64,000 bases of DNA. Source: Fimbriosthenelais zetlandica (Eukaryota). The DNA lies in NCBI GenBank assembly GCA_977030845.1, contig OZ365110.1:46438001-46502000 (forward strand). Direction: 5' to 3'. The position numbers and the translations under genes are program-made. Shown one piece after another: positions 39,946-51,121 of the stretch; position 1 is the first letter of the stretch; each line of letters opens with the position of its first letter. The notes below the pieces were generated by a model. It was not told the DNA's origin. It was given only the letters and a program-made list of their open reading frames with translations, and did not search any database.

Positions 39946-40082
39946 ATAACGTGAATGGCGTAGACCACCCCATAGTAAACACCATTGACTTCATCTGGTC
40001 TAAACAGACGGTGGCAGCAGGAGATACAGCTGTGCTGCATTGTAGCTTCGACGCTATCTTCTCCCAACTAAGAAATGGCAAC
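39946..40082 (+). CDS. Exon encoding the N-terminal half of an immunoglobulin (V/I-set-like) domain of a probable cell-surface IgSF protein
   Basis: Acceptor tttttttctttcaaattccag, donor AAC|gtgagt. Phase-1 start, as is typical for Ig modules. Peptide NVNGVDHPIVNTIDFIWSKQTVAAGDTAVLHCSFDAIFSQLRNGN has the A'-B strand pattern TV..G..A.L.C. Confidence 0.7.
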
Positions 40083-40904
40083 GTGAGTAAACTATTCTTT
40101 TTTTCCTCCGTCCAAATTTACTTTAACTCCCTCGAGGCTTTCTGTTGGTTGGCTGAAAGGTTTAACCACATTAAGGGCAAAGTGGCCTCTCCTTTGTTTC
40201 ATCAGGAAATTTGTTTTTTAGAAAGATGATGAAAGGAATTGATGCTGAAAGGTAGGGATGGGAAATCTGTGGTAATAATATTGCCTTCAAATATGAAGTT
40301 TTCTGCATAATTACTGCAAGAACAACTTTGTATTGTACCTTATTCCTATATATACCCGCATTTTCTTAATGATCTCATTGAGGTAATGTCTCAATGCGCA
40401 GAAATACAAAACTGCCGCAATGGAAAAAACATATTTTGCCAGACAGTCATCAAATTCCCTCAATCAATATCAATCTGAGGAATTCTTTCTTTACTTCTAC
40501 CTTCATGGAGTTCTTTCTTTACTTTTCAATTCCTTACTTTTCTTTACAATTTCCATCAAAGTTAAAAGGCAGCCCTGATTTGATCCATTCCTTCCAATCT
40601 AAAATCATAACTTATCATACTTCTAACTTGATGAAGTTAGACCATGGGTTTATATTTTCATTAAAAAGTTGAATAATCAATGGCTTAGATGCACATGTAT
40701 CAGTATAAAGCAGTCTCAGGTGCACTATAGAGGTGATACCTTTCTCAGGTTCTATGAGGCCGTCCAGTGCCTGAAGATCAATGATCATCTTGCCTTTCTT
40801 TTACAAGAACACACCTGAGCAATCCACTAAGTTGACCTTACTACTGGCAGAACAGACTCATGGCTTTCCGAGCAGTCTGTACAACAAAGAGCTATGTTCT
40901 CTCA

Positions 40905-41597
40905 TTCTCTCTAGCTATCTTGCCTGCTCTCTCATGCTCTGTCTCTCTATAGTACGCTCTCTCTCACTCTCGTTCTCTCTCTATTTCGGTCTTTTCCTCT
41001 CTCGCTCGCTCCCTCCTCTCTCGTTCTTTCTTGAACTATCTCTCTCTCTCTAATCTATCTCTACATTCTCTCTCTTTCTTGCACTCTCCCTCTCTCTCTA
41101 ATCTCTCTCTACGCTCTTTTAACAATGTCAAATACTAACAACTGCTCCTTTCTGAACCTTTCTTATTAAGAATTCACTCTCTCAACTCTGTTTTTATTGA
41201 TTTCCAATCCAAAGGCTGCCTCTAAGTCATTAATGGCTAACGGCTGCATATTTCCATTTTCAAGTTGCCTTTTCAAGAAGTTAATACAGCCAATGAAGTC
41301 TGATATAAAGGGAGTTCATTCTGTGATCTACCTGAGGTTTTTTGTCTTGTTGCACTCAGTTTTATTACACTCGAGCTGTGGCTTGTTTCACTTGAATTAA
41401 ATGTCATTGAAGTTGATTTCTAGGAATAGCAGCAAAAAACGTCGAGCACAGTCCATAATATTATATTCAGTCCATAACATCTATTCTAGGCTCTATGTTA
41501 CTCCGCCACCTTCACATTTCCCGAGCTATCTCTTCTATTTCTCTCACTTTCTCTCGCTCTCTCGCTCTCTATTTCTCAGCCCCTTTCTGTCTCTAAC

Positions 41598-41634
<37 letters not shown>

Positions 41635-41645
41635 TTCTCCCTCCA
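40905..41645. repeat. Two CT-rich microsatellite tracts (40905-41118 and 41528-41645)
   Basis: Interrupted (CT)n runs. Confidence 0.9.
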
Positions 41646-42883
41646 CTAGTGAGTAGTATTTGATGCTGAGCTTCCTTCTTGACTCTCCGTCATGGCTCGC
41701 CTCTGATCTACACTGGTAACAGGTGAAACCTGTAGACAGATCGCTGTCTCCATGAGCAAAAACCAATTAGAAAACCAAGGTCCAACCCTCTCATATTGGA
41801 TAGTCCCTCTAATCGCACTGAGCACATCAAAACGCATTTCAACCGGACTCCTACAAAGTACTAGCAGATGTTTTCCAGGCCCCTCTCCCTGCCCTTTCTA
41901 AGACCCAGAATGAAGTATCTTCCCCAGGGGTAACTTTAGATATTTGCCCCGAGTGGAGTAAAAACGAAAACAAGATTATGTTGAATGGTGAACTTTTCAG
42001 ATGTTTCACGTGAAGTGTCATGATTAAACGTTCACACGTGTTGAGCTGCGGATATATTTAGAGCCCTTCTAAAATGTTTCCCTAACTAAATCTCTTAAAT
42101 CTAAAAAAGATTGAATGGGAAGGAAGGGAAAGTTTATTCCATCAGAAATGTCAGTATTACAAGCCCATTCATCCTATACTGGTTGTTTAAATCTGTGAGA
42201 GCCATGTCGCAGTTCCAGAATAGTAGACCATTGTGTGCCGGCAGCATGTTTCCTCTAGTCCTGAGACATCAGACAGAGGAACATTAAATTTTGCTCATGA
42301 ATTGCTGTATTCATTGCTTATTGGAAGTTAAACAATCCTTCTGATTATTGTACTAAAGTTAACCATTCAAATCTAGTGATAATAATTTTCCAATTTCACA
42401 TTCAGTTACCAATTCTGTCCCTGGGAAATGTAATTATCTACCAGCTTTCAAGTCTTTTTCTCTTCGTGGAACTTTAATCACATGAAGACTGGAATGAATG
42501 GCCTTTATAAATTATTCACACCGTAGATCAAAGTAAACCAGGAGTTGGAATGTCTGACCCAGAACAAAACATCAAATGTGATCCCTGACTTGAGAATATC
42601 TGGAAGTTGAAATTTGATTTTTGACTCCAACAAAGATGCAATAATCTGAAGGATTTAGGCGTCATTTCCATTTTTAATTTGAAAACTAAATTACCTGGTG
42701 TTAGTTATGATTCCGAACAGCTCAGATGAAAATGATGTTCCTTGGGGACTGTCTCAAAACAGAAAGATGCTACACTGTTACAATTCCTAACAGTGGGACA
42801 CTGTTGGTGCAGCTGCACCAACAGTGGCAAAATCGGGATAGAAATTACCATGGTTCCTGCAAGGGAAGTGCCACTGTTATGGT

Positions 42884-43172
42884 GCCACTGTTGGTGTCTC
42901 CTAATTGCCACTGTTGGTGTAACCACCTTTGCCACTGTTGGTGTCTACTAATTGCCACTGTTGGTGTCTACTAATTGCCACTGTTGGTGTCTACTAATTG
43001 CCACTGTTGGTGCTTCCTACTTGCCACTGTTGGCGTCTCCGACTTGCCACTGTTGGCGTCTCCGACTTTCCACTGTTGGCGTCTCCGACTTGCCACTGTT
43101 GGTGTCATCTATTTGCCATTGTTAGTGTTGCCTATATGCCACTGTTCTGGGACTAGTATTGCCACTGTTCTT
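42884..43172. repeat. 23-bp minisatellite, ~13 units (left subterminal array)
   Basis: TTGCCACTGTTGGTGTCTACTAA-type units. Confidence 0.95.
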
Positions 43173-44327
43173 GCACCCCAGTTATCCCTCCCCTTCCCTT
43201 CCCTCCCCTCCCCTCCCTCCCCTCCCGCTGTTCTATTCCAGGGGATTAATCTTTATTTTGGGGAACATCATTTTCATTCACCATAATTCATCATTTCATC
43301 ATTTTCCCATAATTTAATATGAGTCATTTTCCTTGTGAAGTAGATTGGAGAGTGGTTCTTTCCCTGCAAGATAATATAGTGTACATGATAAAATATGTGT
43401 CTTCTTAGTAGGGTTATTTTCCAGATATGAATAATGGTGAGAAACTTTACAATTCTATCTGCAAATTCCTTATATATACATGGATATACAGCAGTAAAAA
43501 TCATAATTCCTAGAAAGGTGTGTGCATTATGTGTTTAACCCAGACAAGTTAAAAAATAATATTAATGTATAATTACCTCCATTTCGCCAGCCCTATTGTG
43601 TTTCCATTTATGTAGTCTCCCGTGGGACGAAGCTTTCTCACCAGTAGGCCCGGGTGATGAAGGGGTGGGTACACGGGGGTGGGTAAAGAAGGATGACAGT
43701 TCAATCTTTCAATCACCGAAATGTAAAAACAACTGATTTGTACGAATAATTCTTTTCTTAAATATGATTAGTAATCTTTGTCCTTCTGAATTGCCAGATA
43801 ATTTCATTAGATTTAAAAAAAAAAGTATTCCAGACAGAATTTAAAATAGAATAATGACCTAGGCTTTCTCACCTCTGTATCTGTTTGAAGGAATGGGTTT
43901 AGGCTTGTGGGTTCATTTAACTTTGCAGTTCTCTTCCTTTCTCCTTTAGTTCCATCCTGTAAAAATACCAATAAGTACACTTAATTACTAATTATAATAG
44001 AGACCTTCGCCTGTAGATTCGTTGTTTTAAATCCAGGTGAAATAACTCTTTAATTGAGGCGGTTCATAACTTTATAAAATATACCCCATACTAGCTGAAT
44101 TCAAATGTCTGTTGTGCCTATCACATTCAATTGAATTGGAGGGAAATATGGCGCCGAAGAGGTGGGACATGGCGGGGGCGGGTGTAAAGCCGGCATCTTC
44201 AAAGGAACCGTCTTGTGGGGGGATTACCATAATCCCACCTCTGTAACCGACTTGCCCCAGTGTCCATGCATTTTATAATTATAAATTCACTATTATTTAA
44301 TTCTAAATTGAGATACCTCTTCAAAAT

Positions 44328-44647
44328 GGACAAATGATACCTAACAAATTTCATTAATATTCCTGCCAGAAATATGAGAAAACAGATTTACGAACTCAGA
44401 GAAATACATATGTACATCCGGAAGTGTGAACTTAATGTGTGAGCTAAACTCACGGCATGCTAGTATAAGCTACAGCTATTTGGACTAGGACAAATGATAC
44501 CTAACAAATTTCATTAATATTCCTGCCAGAAATATGAGAAAACAGATTTACGAACTCAGAGAAATACATATGTACATCCGGAAGTGTGAACTTAATGTGT
44601 GAGCTAAACTCACGGCATGCTAGTATAAGCTACAGCTATTTGGACTA
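44328..44647. repeat. 160-bp tandem duplication, apparently identical
   Basis: 44328-44487 is repeated at 44488-44647. Confidence 0.95.
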
Positions 44648-45015
44648 GGAAGTATTACCCAATTAGATATACAAACCATGTCTAACTTCCAGTATCGATT
44701 GTGAGGGTGGTTGTCCAATTCTTCATTAATATGGATGGGCATTGAATCTGAAAACGAAAAAAAGATATGCGCATAGAGTCTATTATAGCTACAATAAAAG
44801 CCCAAAATGTGAGCAAATTGAAGATCAAATGTATGCTATTTAAAGTAGTATGCTTACCATGTACATGTTCATTGTCCATGTTTGTCCACCACAGACCTCT
44901 TGTCTCTTCAATAGTCAGAGTACAACTGACCCACGGCCCATCATTCCTACATAAAGCCTACACTAATCCGTCCATTGTTCTATAGCTTTATTATACATGT
45001 ACACATGTACATGTG

Positions 45016-45202
45016 CTGTAAAATATTAACATTTCGCGTGTCCTTTAATTTCGTGATTTACGCACTAAAAACATATTGTGACATTAAGACACGCGAGATT
45101 AAAGTCTTTCAATCAACTGGAATACGAAAACTTTGCCAAAACGCGAATTTAAGAATCACAAAATAAATAAAAAGCTGATAAATTCCAAATTAAATATTTC
45201 AG
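45016..45202. mobile_element. Degenerate MITE nested in the CMC-like element
   Basis: CTGTAAAAT...TTTCGCG / CGCGAATTT...TTTCAG architecture resembling CTGTA...TACAG MITEs. Confidence 0.35.
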
Positions 45203-45499
45203 GGTAATTAGCTTTCACCCCTGCCATAATAAAGCCACATCCATGGTCAGGCTTGGCGTGGAGGGAAGTGGGGCATAATTATATTGACTTGTTCAGTACA
45301 AGCCAGACGTATTGTAGCTATTTTCTCAAATAATTCGTCAATTTAAAAAGGTGTTAATGCTTGATGGCACATTATGTACATGTACATGTTAACAATAATA
45401 TATTACTTGCTATTCAAACCATCCCCAAAAATGTCTAATGCTAAACTATCTGGCTTGGTATATGGGGGCTGCTAATTAAGAGATTAGTGATAGTGACCA

Positions 45500-45844
45500 T
45501 CAACAATGGCAATGGTAATACTTGGCTATAGCTGCAGGAACAGTGGCAAGACTATGACAGGAACAGTGGCAAGACTATGACAGGAACAGTGGGCCACTGT
45601 TATGAAAGCAAAACTTGGCTATAGGTGCAGTAACAGTGGCAAGACTATGACAGGAACAGTGCCCCACTGTTTTCAGCGGGATTGCCATTGTTTCAAGCTT
45701 GCAGGAACAGTGGCAAGTGAGCGGTGTCGACACCAACAGTGCGCCACTGTTATGAAGGCCAATTTACAGTGGCAAGCAAGAACAGTGGCACTTTCTCTGC
45801 AGGAACAGTGTCAGACTGTTATCAATTACAAAATTTTAACAGTG
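45500..45844. repeat. Right subterminal array (CAGGAACAGTGGCAAGACTATGA units and AACAGTG..CACTGTT palindromes)
   Basis: Units at 45535, 45558 and 45581 (period 23), plus scattered copies. Confidence 0.9.
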
Positions 45845-48203
45845 TACAATGGTCCATAGACTTACCATTTGCGAATGCTGTAACTTACCTGATCTTTCTT
45901 AAGAAACAGGCCCCAATCTGAGCTTTCTCTGTTTGGCTTGAAAAAATGTGTTATTGATGTTTATTGATTCCTTCAGGATTTGCCTTATTGAGGAAACACG
46001 CTGTCGGATCTCTATGGCCTGCATGGCGTTTTATATGCCTCTATCTCGCCAGGCTGTTATAGACATGTATGATCTTTTAAGATCATCTGTTAAAACAACA
46101 TTATATTAGAATGGAGCTTTTGTATGCATTACAATACAAATAACGCATTCGTGTGTAAAGTATAAGGTATGCCTGTTCTAGCTAGCTGCACTTTTGTGGT
46201 AGTGGATGTCAAGAAAATTAAAATGACACAAACCAGTCCTTGAATGGTAAACTGCAAGAAACCTAAACCAAATATTTATAATTTAAATCCAAAAATGTGC
46301 ACTGGAGCATGGATAATGTATTTCTATAAATTCCATTGTAATATTTACCCCATGTAGCGTAGATTGGAAACAGAAAATAACAGGTCAGAAGGTAAGTAAA
46401 TTCGTTTAAAAAATTAATGCTGCTGGGAAAGGTTTTTGGAATTTATGAGTATAGCTCATATAGTAGGCCTATGGGAGACTTTTTAAACGATGTGAACATG
46501 TATTTCAAGTCCATGTACATATGCACCATTTATTTATAAGGACAGGTGCCCTACTCTTACTCCATGCCCTCCCAAGAGCATCAAAGACTAATTTACTTTA
46601 CCTTTTTTACCCTCTAGCTTTGAATGATTTAGAGCTCCTTGAAGGGGAGCTGTCTTTAAGGTCTTCGTCTCCTTGGAGTACCTGTAGTCGGCCTTTAAGT
46701 TAGAGGGCAAATATAACACTTCCGCCACACACCCCTACCTATTTACTTTTTACCAATATACCACACATTATTCACACCCATAAGTGCGGATGATTTTTGC
46801 TCCATCGCCATCAATTCAAAAATAATGTTTATCCACTGGTATTTTCAAATATAAAAAAATCTAATGTTTGTTTGGGACTGGAGTAAAAATTCACATTAAA
46901 AATATATGTTCCAGTTTCCCTACCTCTGACACTATCGGAAATTGAGAAGAGTTAGTGGTAGAGAAAATAAATTATGGCATAACTGCCACGTTCCCATACC
47001 TTATCAGGCTTGAGCTATTAGGGCACGTGCCGATGTTATGGCGTCCACTGATTCTTCATCCTAGATTTCGACAGGGCAGTTGATATGCACATTAAGTGCA
47101 AGCTGTTCTTCAACTCGCCAAGTTGTTACCTTAACCGAGGGTGGTATGTTAGGGGAGAGGGTGAAAACCACAAGGAGTCATTTCATGAGTCCATGAGTCT
47201 ATCCCTGGAAGTTCATGAGAAACTCAATAAGGATGTTGAACTTTGGACTTTTAGAACCACATGGGGCATACTGATATCTGAGGTTATCTTGTGCTGTCCA
47301 GTTCAGAATTTAAACTGTTAATGAAGATTTCCAGTAGATAACGTAACGAGGTATAGGCCTACTAGTTGAATGCACTGAACATAGATTGGCAGTTTGTGTG
47401 GTTACATTGGAAAATATTTTGCAAAAAAAAAGAGAGGAAAATCATTCTTTTCTTGAGCCCACCAATCAGGGCAATAATCTAAGTAAACATTCCATTACTG
47501 ATTATTGCCAAGAATAGTTTGTCAATTCCAGATAGTCCCAATCTGGCAAATGCTGCATCCACAGTGAATTAAGGTTGTGGTTATTTGCTTCATGTAATCA
47601 TAAGACAAACCCATTGGAGCAGACTAATGTTATGAGCCTACAAACAAGATGATGGTCAGTTTTGGCCATGATAGGCCAATTACTCGGGGGTTCTGGGATC
47701 GATGTGACCAGGTCATGGACCGCACGATCGATAACCAGATGGCAGGTCATCATTTGGCATTTAGAAGTTCATCTTCTTGCCAGTAAAAGGTCCAAAGTTC
47801 GTGATTGAGAAGGGATGCATGGGTGGGGTTTAGACTTTAGGCCCGTTTTTAGTGCTCATGGAATTGGGCTTCAATGGCGGACGGTTAAATTGGCTGGGGT
47901 TGGAATACCGACCTGCAAAGCTAGAATACATGTTGTATGTGGATCAATTTTGATCAAATTGATATTGACATTGCACGTTTTGTATGAGACATGTTGTCAT
48001 TTGTCATTGAAGGTCAAACGCGACAGACAATAATTAAAGAGCCCTTATCCTCGGAGTTGGAGAATCCCCTATTATCGCTCATGTCTATTGTTCGAAAAAA
48101 ACAAAGAACCAACTGAATATCTGAGGAAACAGCGTACCTTCGTGGACAAAAATGGTTATGAAAGGTTCCACCAAATAGTATGCATCATAGATATCATCTG
48201 TTA

Positions 48204-48690
48204 ACCGGAAGTTCCCTAAATCTTGCGCCACTTCCTGTCTTTTGGATCAAAAGACCGGAAGTATAAAAAACTAGTTTTTGGTGTTGTTCAAACTCGATTC
48301 CCTGAGCCTATTTATAACCTGAGCATCCAACTTTACACGTGGAATGGTAGCTTAAAGCTGCAGGGACCCCTCTTCCTCCCAACTCCTATACTTCCTCCAA
48401 CCACCCCATATCTAAAATTCAGATTCCACTAATGCCAGGTCCAGCTTTTTGCTGGGCCCTGGGGTAGGGGAGGAGTTAATTCAGTAAGTGGTCTGGAGAG
48501 ATGGGAATATAGATAACCTGGGCGAACAAAGTGCAGCCTGGTAGGGGGCCGAGGAAGGGTCAATAAGATCAATATGGCGGCGGTTGGGAGCAGCCTTATA
48601 ATCTGTGGGATCATCCTCTTCATATCCCCCGCTTATTTCCAGCTCCAGTCATGTCCGCACCGGTGGGAGGTATGGGTTTGACGTGATGTC
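48204..48690. promoter_or_regulatory. Possible promoter/enhancer: ETS x3, TATA-like, YY1
   Basis: ACCGGAAGT at 48204 and 48254, CACTTCCTG at 48229, TATAAAA at 48262, AATATGGCGGC at 48571. Confidence 0.3.
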
Positions 48691-48899
48691 ACGGCGATTT
48701 ACCTTCCAAAAGTCAGGGCCAGAGCTATAGGGCTAGGTCTAAAGTCTGAAGTCAGAAGGGACCACAGGCTTGTTAAGGGGATCAGGGTGGTATTGTTGGG
48801 TGGTGGGAAGGGGGAGGGGAGCTGGAAGTATATAGGGTGGAGTGTTAACAGCTATAGGCATGGACAAGAAGCTTAGGCTGAGAAAAAAACAAGGTTCTG

Positions 48900-49220
48900 G
48901 AGAAAGGGAGTTGATGTGGAAATGGGTGGGGTGGAGGGGGGGGGGGGTTGTAGGCGGAGGCAAGGAAAGCAAAGGGGGATAGGGAGAGCGGAGAGTGGGA
49001 CTGGAGACTCAAGGGAGAAGAGGTGAGGGGATAGGGAGAAAAGAGATTGAGGGAGGGGAAAAGGGGGTATGGGGAGTAAGAAGGGAAAGGGAGAGACAGA
49101 AGAGAAGGACAGAGGAGAGAGAAAGAAGGAGGTAGTGAAAGAGCGAGAGGACGTAGAGGAGGGGGAAAGGGGACATGTAGGAAAAACCTTGATAAAAGGT
49201 TAGAGGGAGATACAGGAGAA
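48900..49220. repeat. Purine-rich low-complexity tract
   Basis: G/A runs. These generate the spurious 150-aa minus-strand ORF. Confidence 0.9.
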
Positions 49221-50576
49221 CATTTCACTGATTCTTGGCCAAGGTACAATCTGCAGGAGTCTTGAGCCATTCTGGAGGAGACTGGAACCAGAACCATAGT
49301 CTTGAGAAACCTGGATGAATATCTTTGGAACTTTTACCCTGTCTGTTAGGGACATGACATGTCTTCGTGGAGTAGGAATAGTAGGTCACAGGTAATGGTC
49401 ATTCAGTCTTGGAAAAAAAGCTAAAAAGCAGACAAATCATTCAAAATTGAGTGCCGTTATTTGATGCCTAATTGGGTCGAGTAGATACATGTAGGAACAA
49501 GGGGGAAGAATGGCCTCCATCCTAACTTGTTATCGATCAGCTTTGACTGCCTTCATAAAATCAATGTACACCACTCATGTGTCACTGTCATCACCTTGTC
49601 ACTACCTTCCTCATAGAATGAGCGGCCATCTTGGTCCGGCCATCAGTCAGCCATTATGTCTAATCAGGGAAGCTTCTTATCACATACTTATCCTTACATT
49701 TGACTGTTTGTATGGGACAGTGGGAGCAACATTCATTGTCATCAACCAGCTACCTAGTACTCTAATCAATACTTATGTTTGCCATTTTTTGTGTGTTTTT
49801 GTCATTCTTTGTTTATTTTTCCTGTTTAAATACCTCGATCTATATTTGTGTCGAACTCCTCACCCAAATCTCGCTTGGCAGAAGTAAATAACATTAAAAG
49901 TGTTTACGACTACATGTATTAGATGATTATCTATTTTGGAACCAATCTCTAGAGGCGATTAGATGAACTTCACTTCATAATTTCTCCAACAAGATAATAC
50001 AATTTAATCTATAAACAAACGATTTCTCGCTTAATAATGGAGTCTTTTTTCATGTTCTCCTATCTTCCTCTATTGTTATTTTCGGATTAACTGCTCTATT
50101 TGAGGGACAACGCTAAATCCTTATAGTCTCCTCAGACCAATGCTTTTATAGTATTCCTATGGCTCTAATCATTGTTCCATCATAATATCTCTCGTCGATG
50201 TCTTGTTGATCTTATCCTTATTGCTCCCTCTTGGCTTTGTCATTTACATTGCCTATTCCCTGTTTATCCCATGGTGACCTTCCATTTACAGCGATTCGCC
50301 GTATAAATGGAAGTAAGCAGCGCATCTATCTAATGGTATTATCTACCGGTATCTCCTGTCCAATCCAAACAATGATAAAACAGTCATCCCAGCTTTCTCA
50401 TATATGTTTTATGTGTAGATCCTCCTGGTCCCTAGCCTTCCATCTATGCCTACCTGCCGTAATTGGATAAATGTATACCAGTCTTCCAGTACCTATAAAT
50501 GTTGTCCCCTACTGGTGCGATTTTCTTTGAGATTCAAGTGCAATAAAGACGATGCAGTCGAGTATAGACGTTAAAA

Positions 50577-50772
50577 AGGCTGTCCCCAGGAAGCTAATTT
50601 TCCACTGTTGCAATTTAGGTTATTGCAATACTGCACGAAAGCTGTTTCTTGTCGGCCAATGAAATTTTATTGTGGTCAAAGTGCGCGAAGCTTTCCTCCA
50701 CTGCTACATTTTCGTTTGCAACACAGGCATCACCATTGCCACAAACAAAATCGCAACAGTGGAGAACAGCCT
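50577..50772. mobile_element. MITE (AGGCTGT...ACAGCCT ends), related to the 9.5-kb element
   Basis: Terminal AGGCTGT/ACAGCCT and inner TTCCACTGTTGCAATTT / AAATCGCAACAGTGGAG inverted arms. Confidence 0.55.
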
Positions 50773-51001
50773 TTAGGATTTTGACAACTTTGATCTGAAT
50801 TTATAACCTGGATTGCTCTGCAATATTGTTGCCAAAACACTGTATGTCGCATGAGTGGAGGATGAGCTTAAGCATCAACCCACTTTATATGGTTATGTTG
50901 TATTTTATGCCTCCATGAGGGCTTGCTCCTTTTGATGTGCAGGGCACTGAGGAACAACTAGACAACTTTTCATGCGCCTTTCTGATGTGACCCTCGGTGG
51001 T

Positions 51002-51121
51002 TTATTTGATGGTGGGGGAGCCTGTGAAGGGCCGCTCAGGGTCGGCGTAGTCTATGATCAAGCCCCCAAACAATACAGTACCATAGCCAGCGGTCATGAT
51101 TCCAACTGATCTATGGGCCTC
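51002..51121 (-). CDS. Candidate terminal exon EAHRSVGIMTAGYGTVLFGGLIIDYADPERPFTGSPTIK*
   Basis: Acceptor gtatcattattattgttag. Only phase 0 is open, and the peptide is protein-like with a hydrophobic segment. Confidence 0.35.
   Translation of the reverse strand, partial: EAHRSVGIMTAGYGTVLFGGLIIDYADPERPFTGSPTIK

Larger units (their letters stand above)
42773..45844. mobile_element. Non-autonomous CMC/EnSpm(CACTA)-like DNA transposon, ~3.07 kb
   Basis: TA|CACTGTTACAATT...TAACAGTGGGACACTGTT at the left end. The right end reverse-complements to CACTGTTAAAATT...TAACAGTCTGACACTGTT and is followed by TA. Subterminal arrays of TTGCCACTGTT (left) and AACAGTGGCAA (right), both with 23-bp period. No transposase ORF inside. 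Confidence 0.75.

Noticed and set aside
42726-43286. Repetitive Cys/His-rich ORFs, and a possible CRISPR-like array
   Set aside because: These are frames of the 23-bp minisatellite. Units are contiguous with no unique spacers, and there are no cas genes in this eukaryotic context.
46348-46391. VDWKQK as the Ig C strand before a strong AAG|gtaagt donor
   Set aside because: No acceptor places it in the phase 0 required after exon 39946-40082.
48845-49297. 150-aa minus-strand ORF
   Set aside because: Purine-rich low-complexity DNA.
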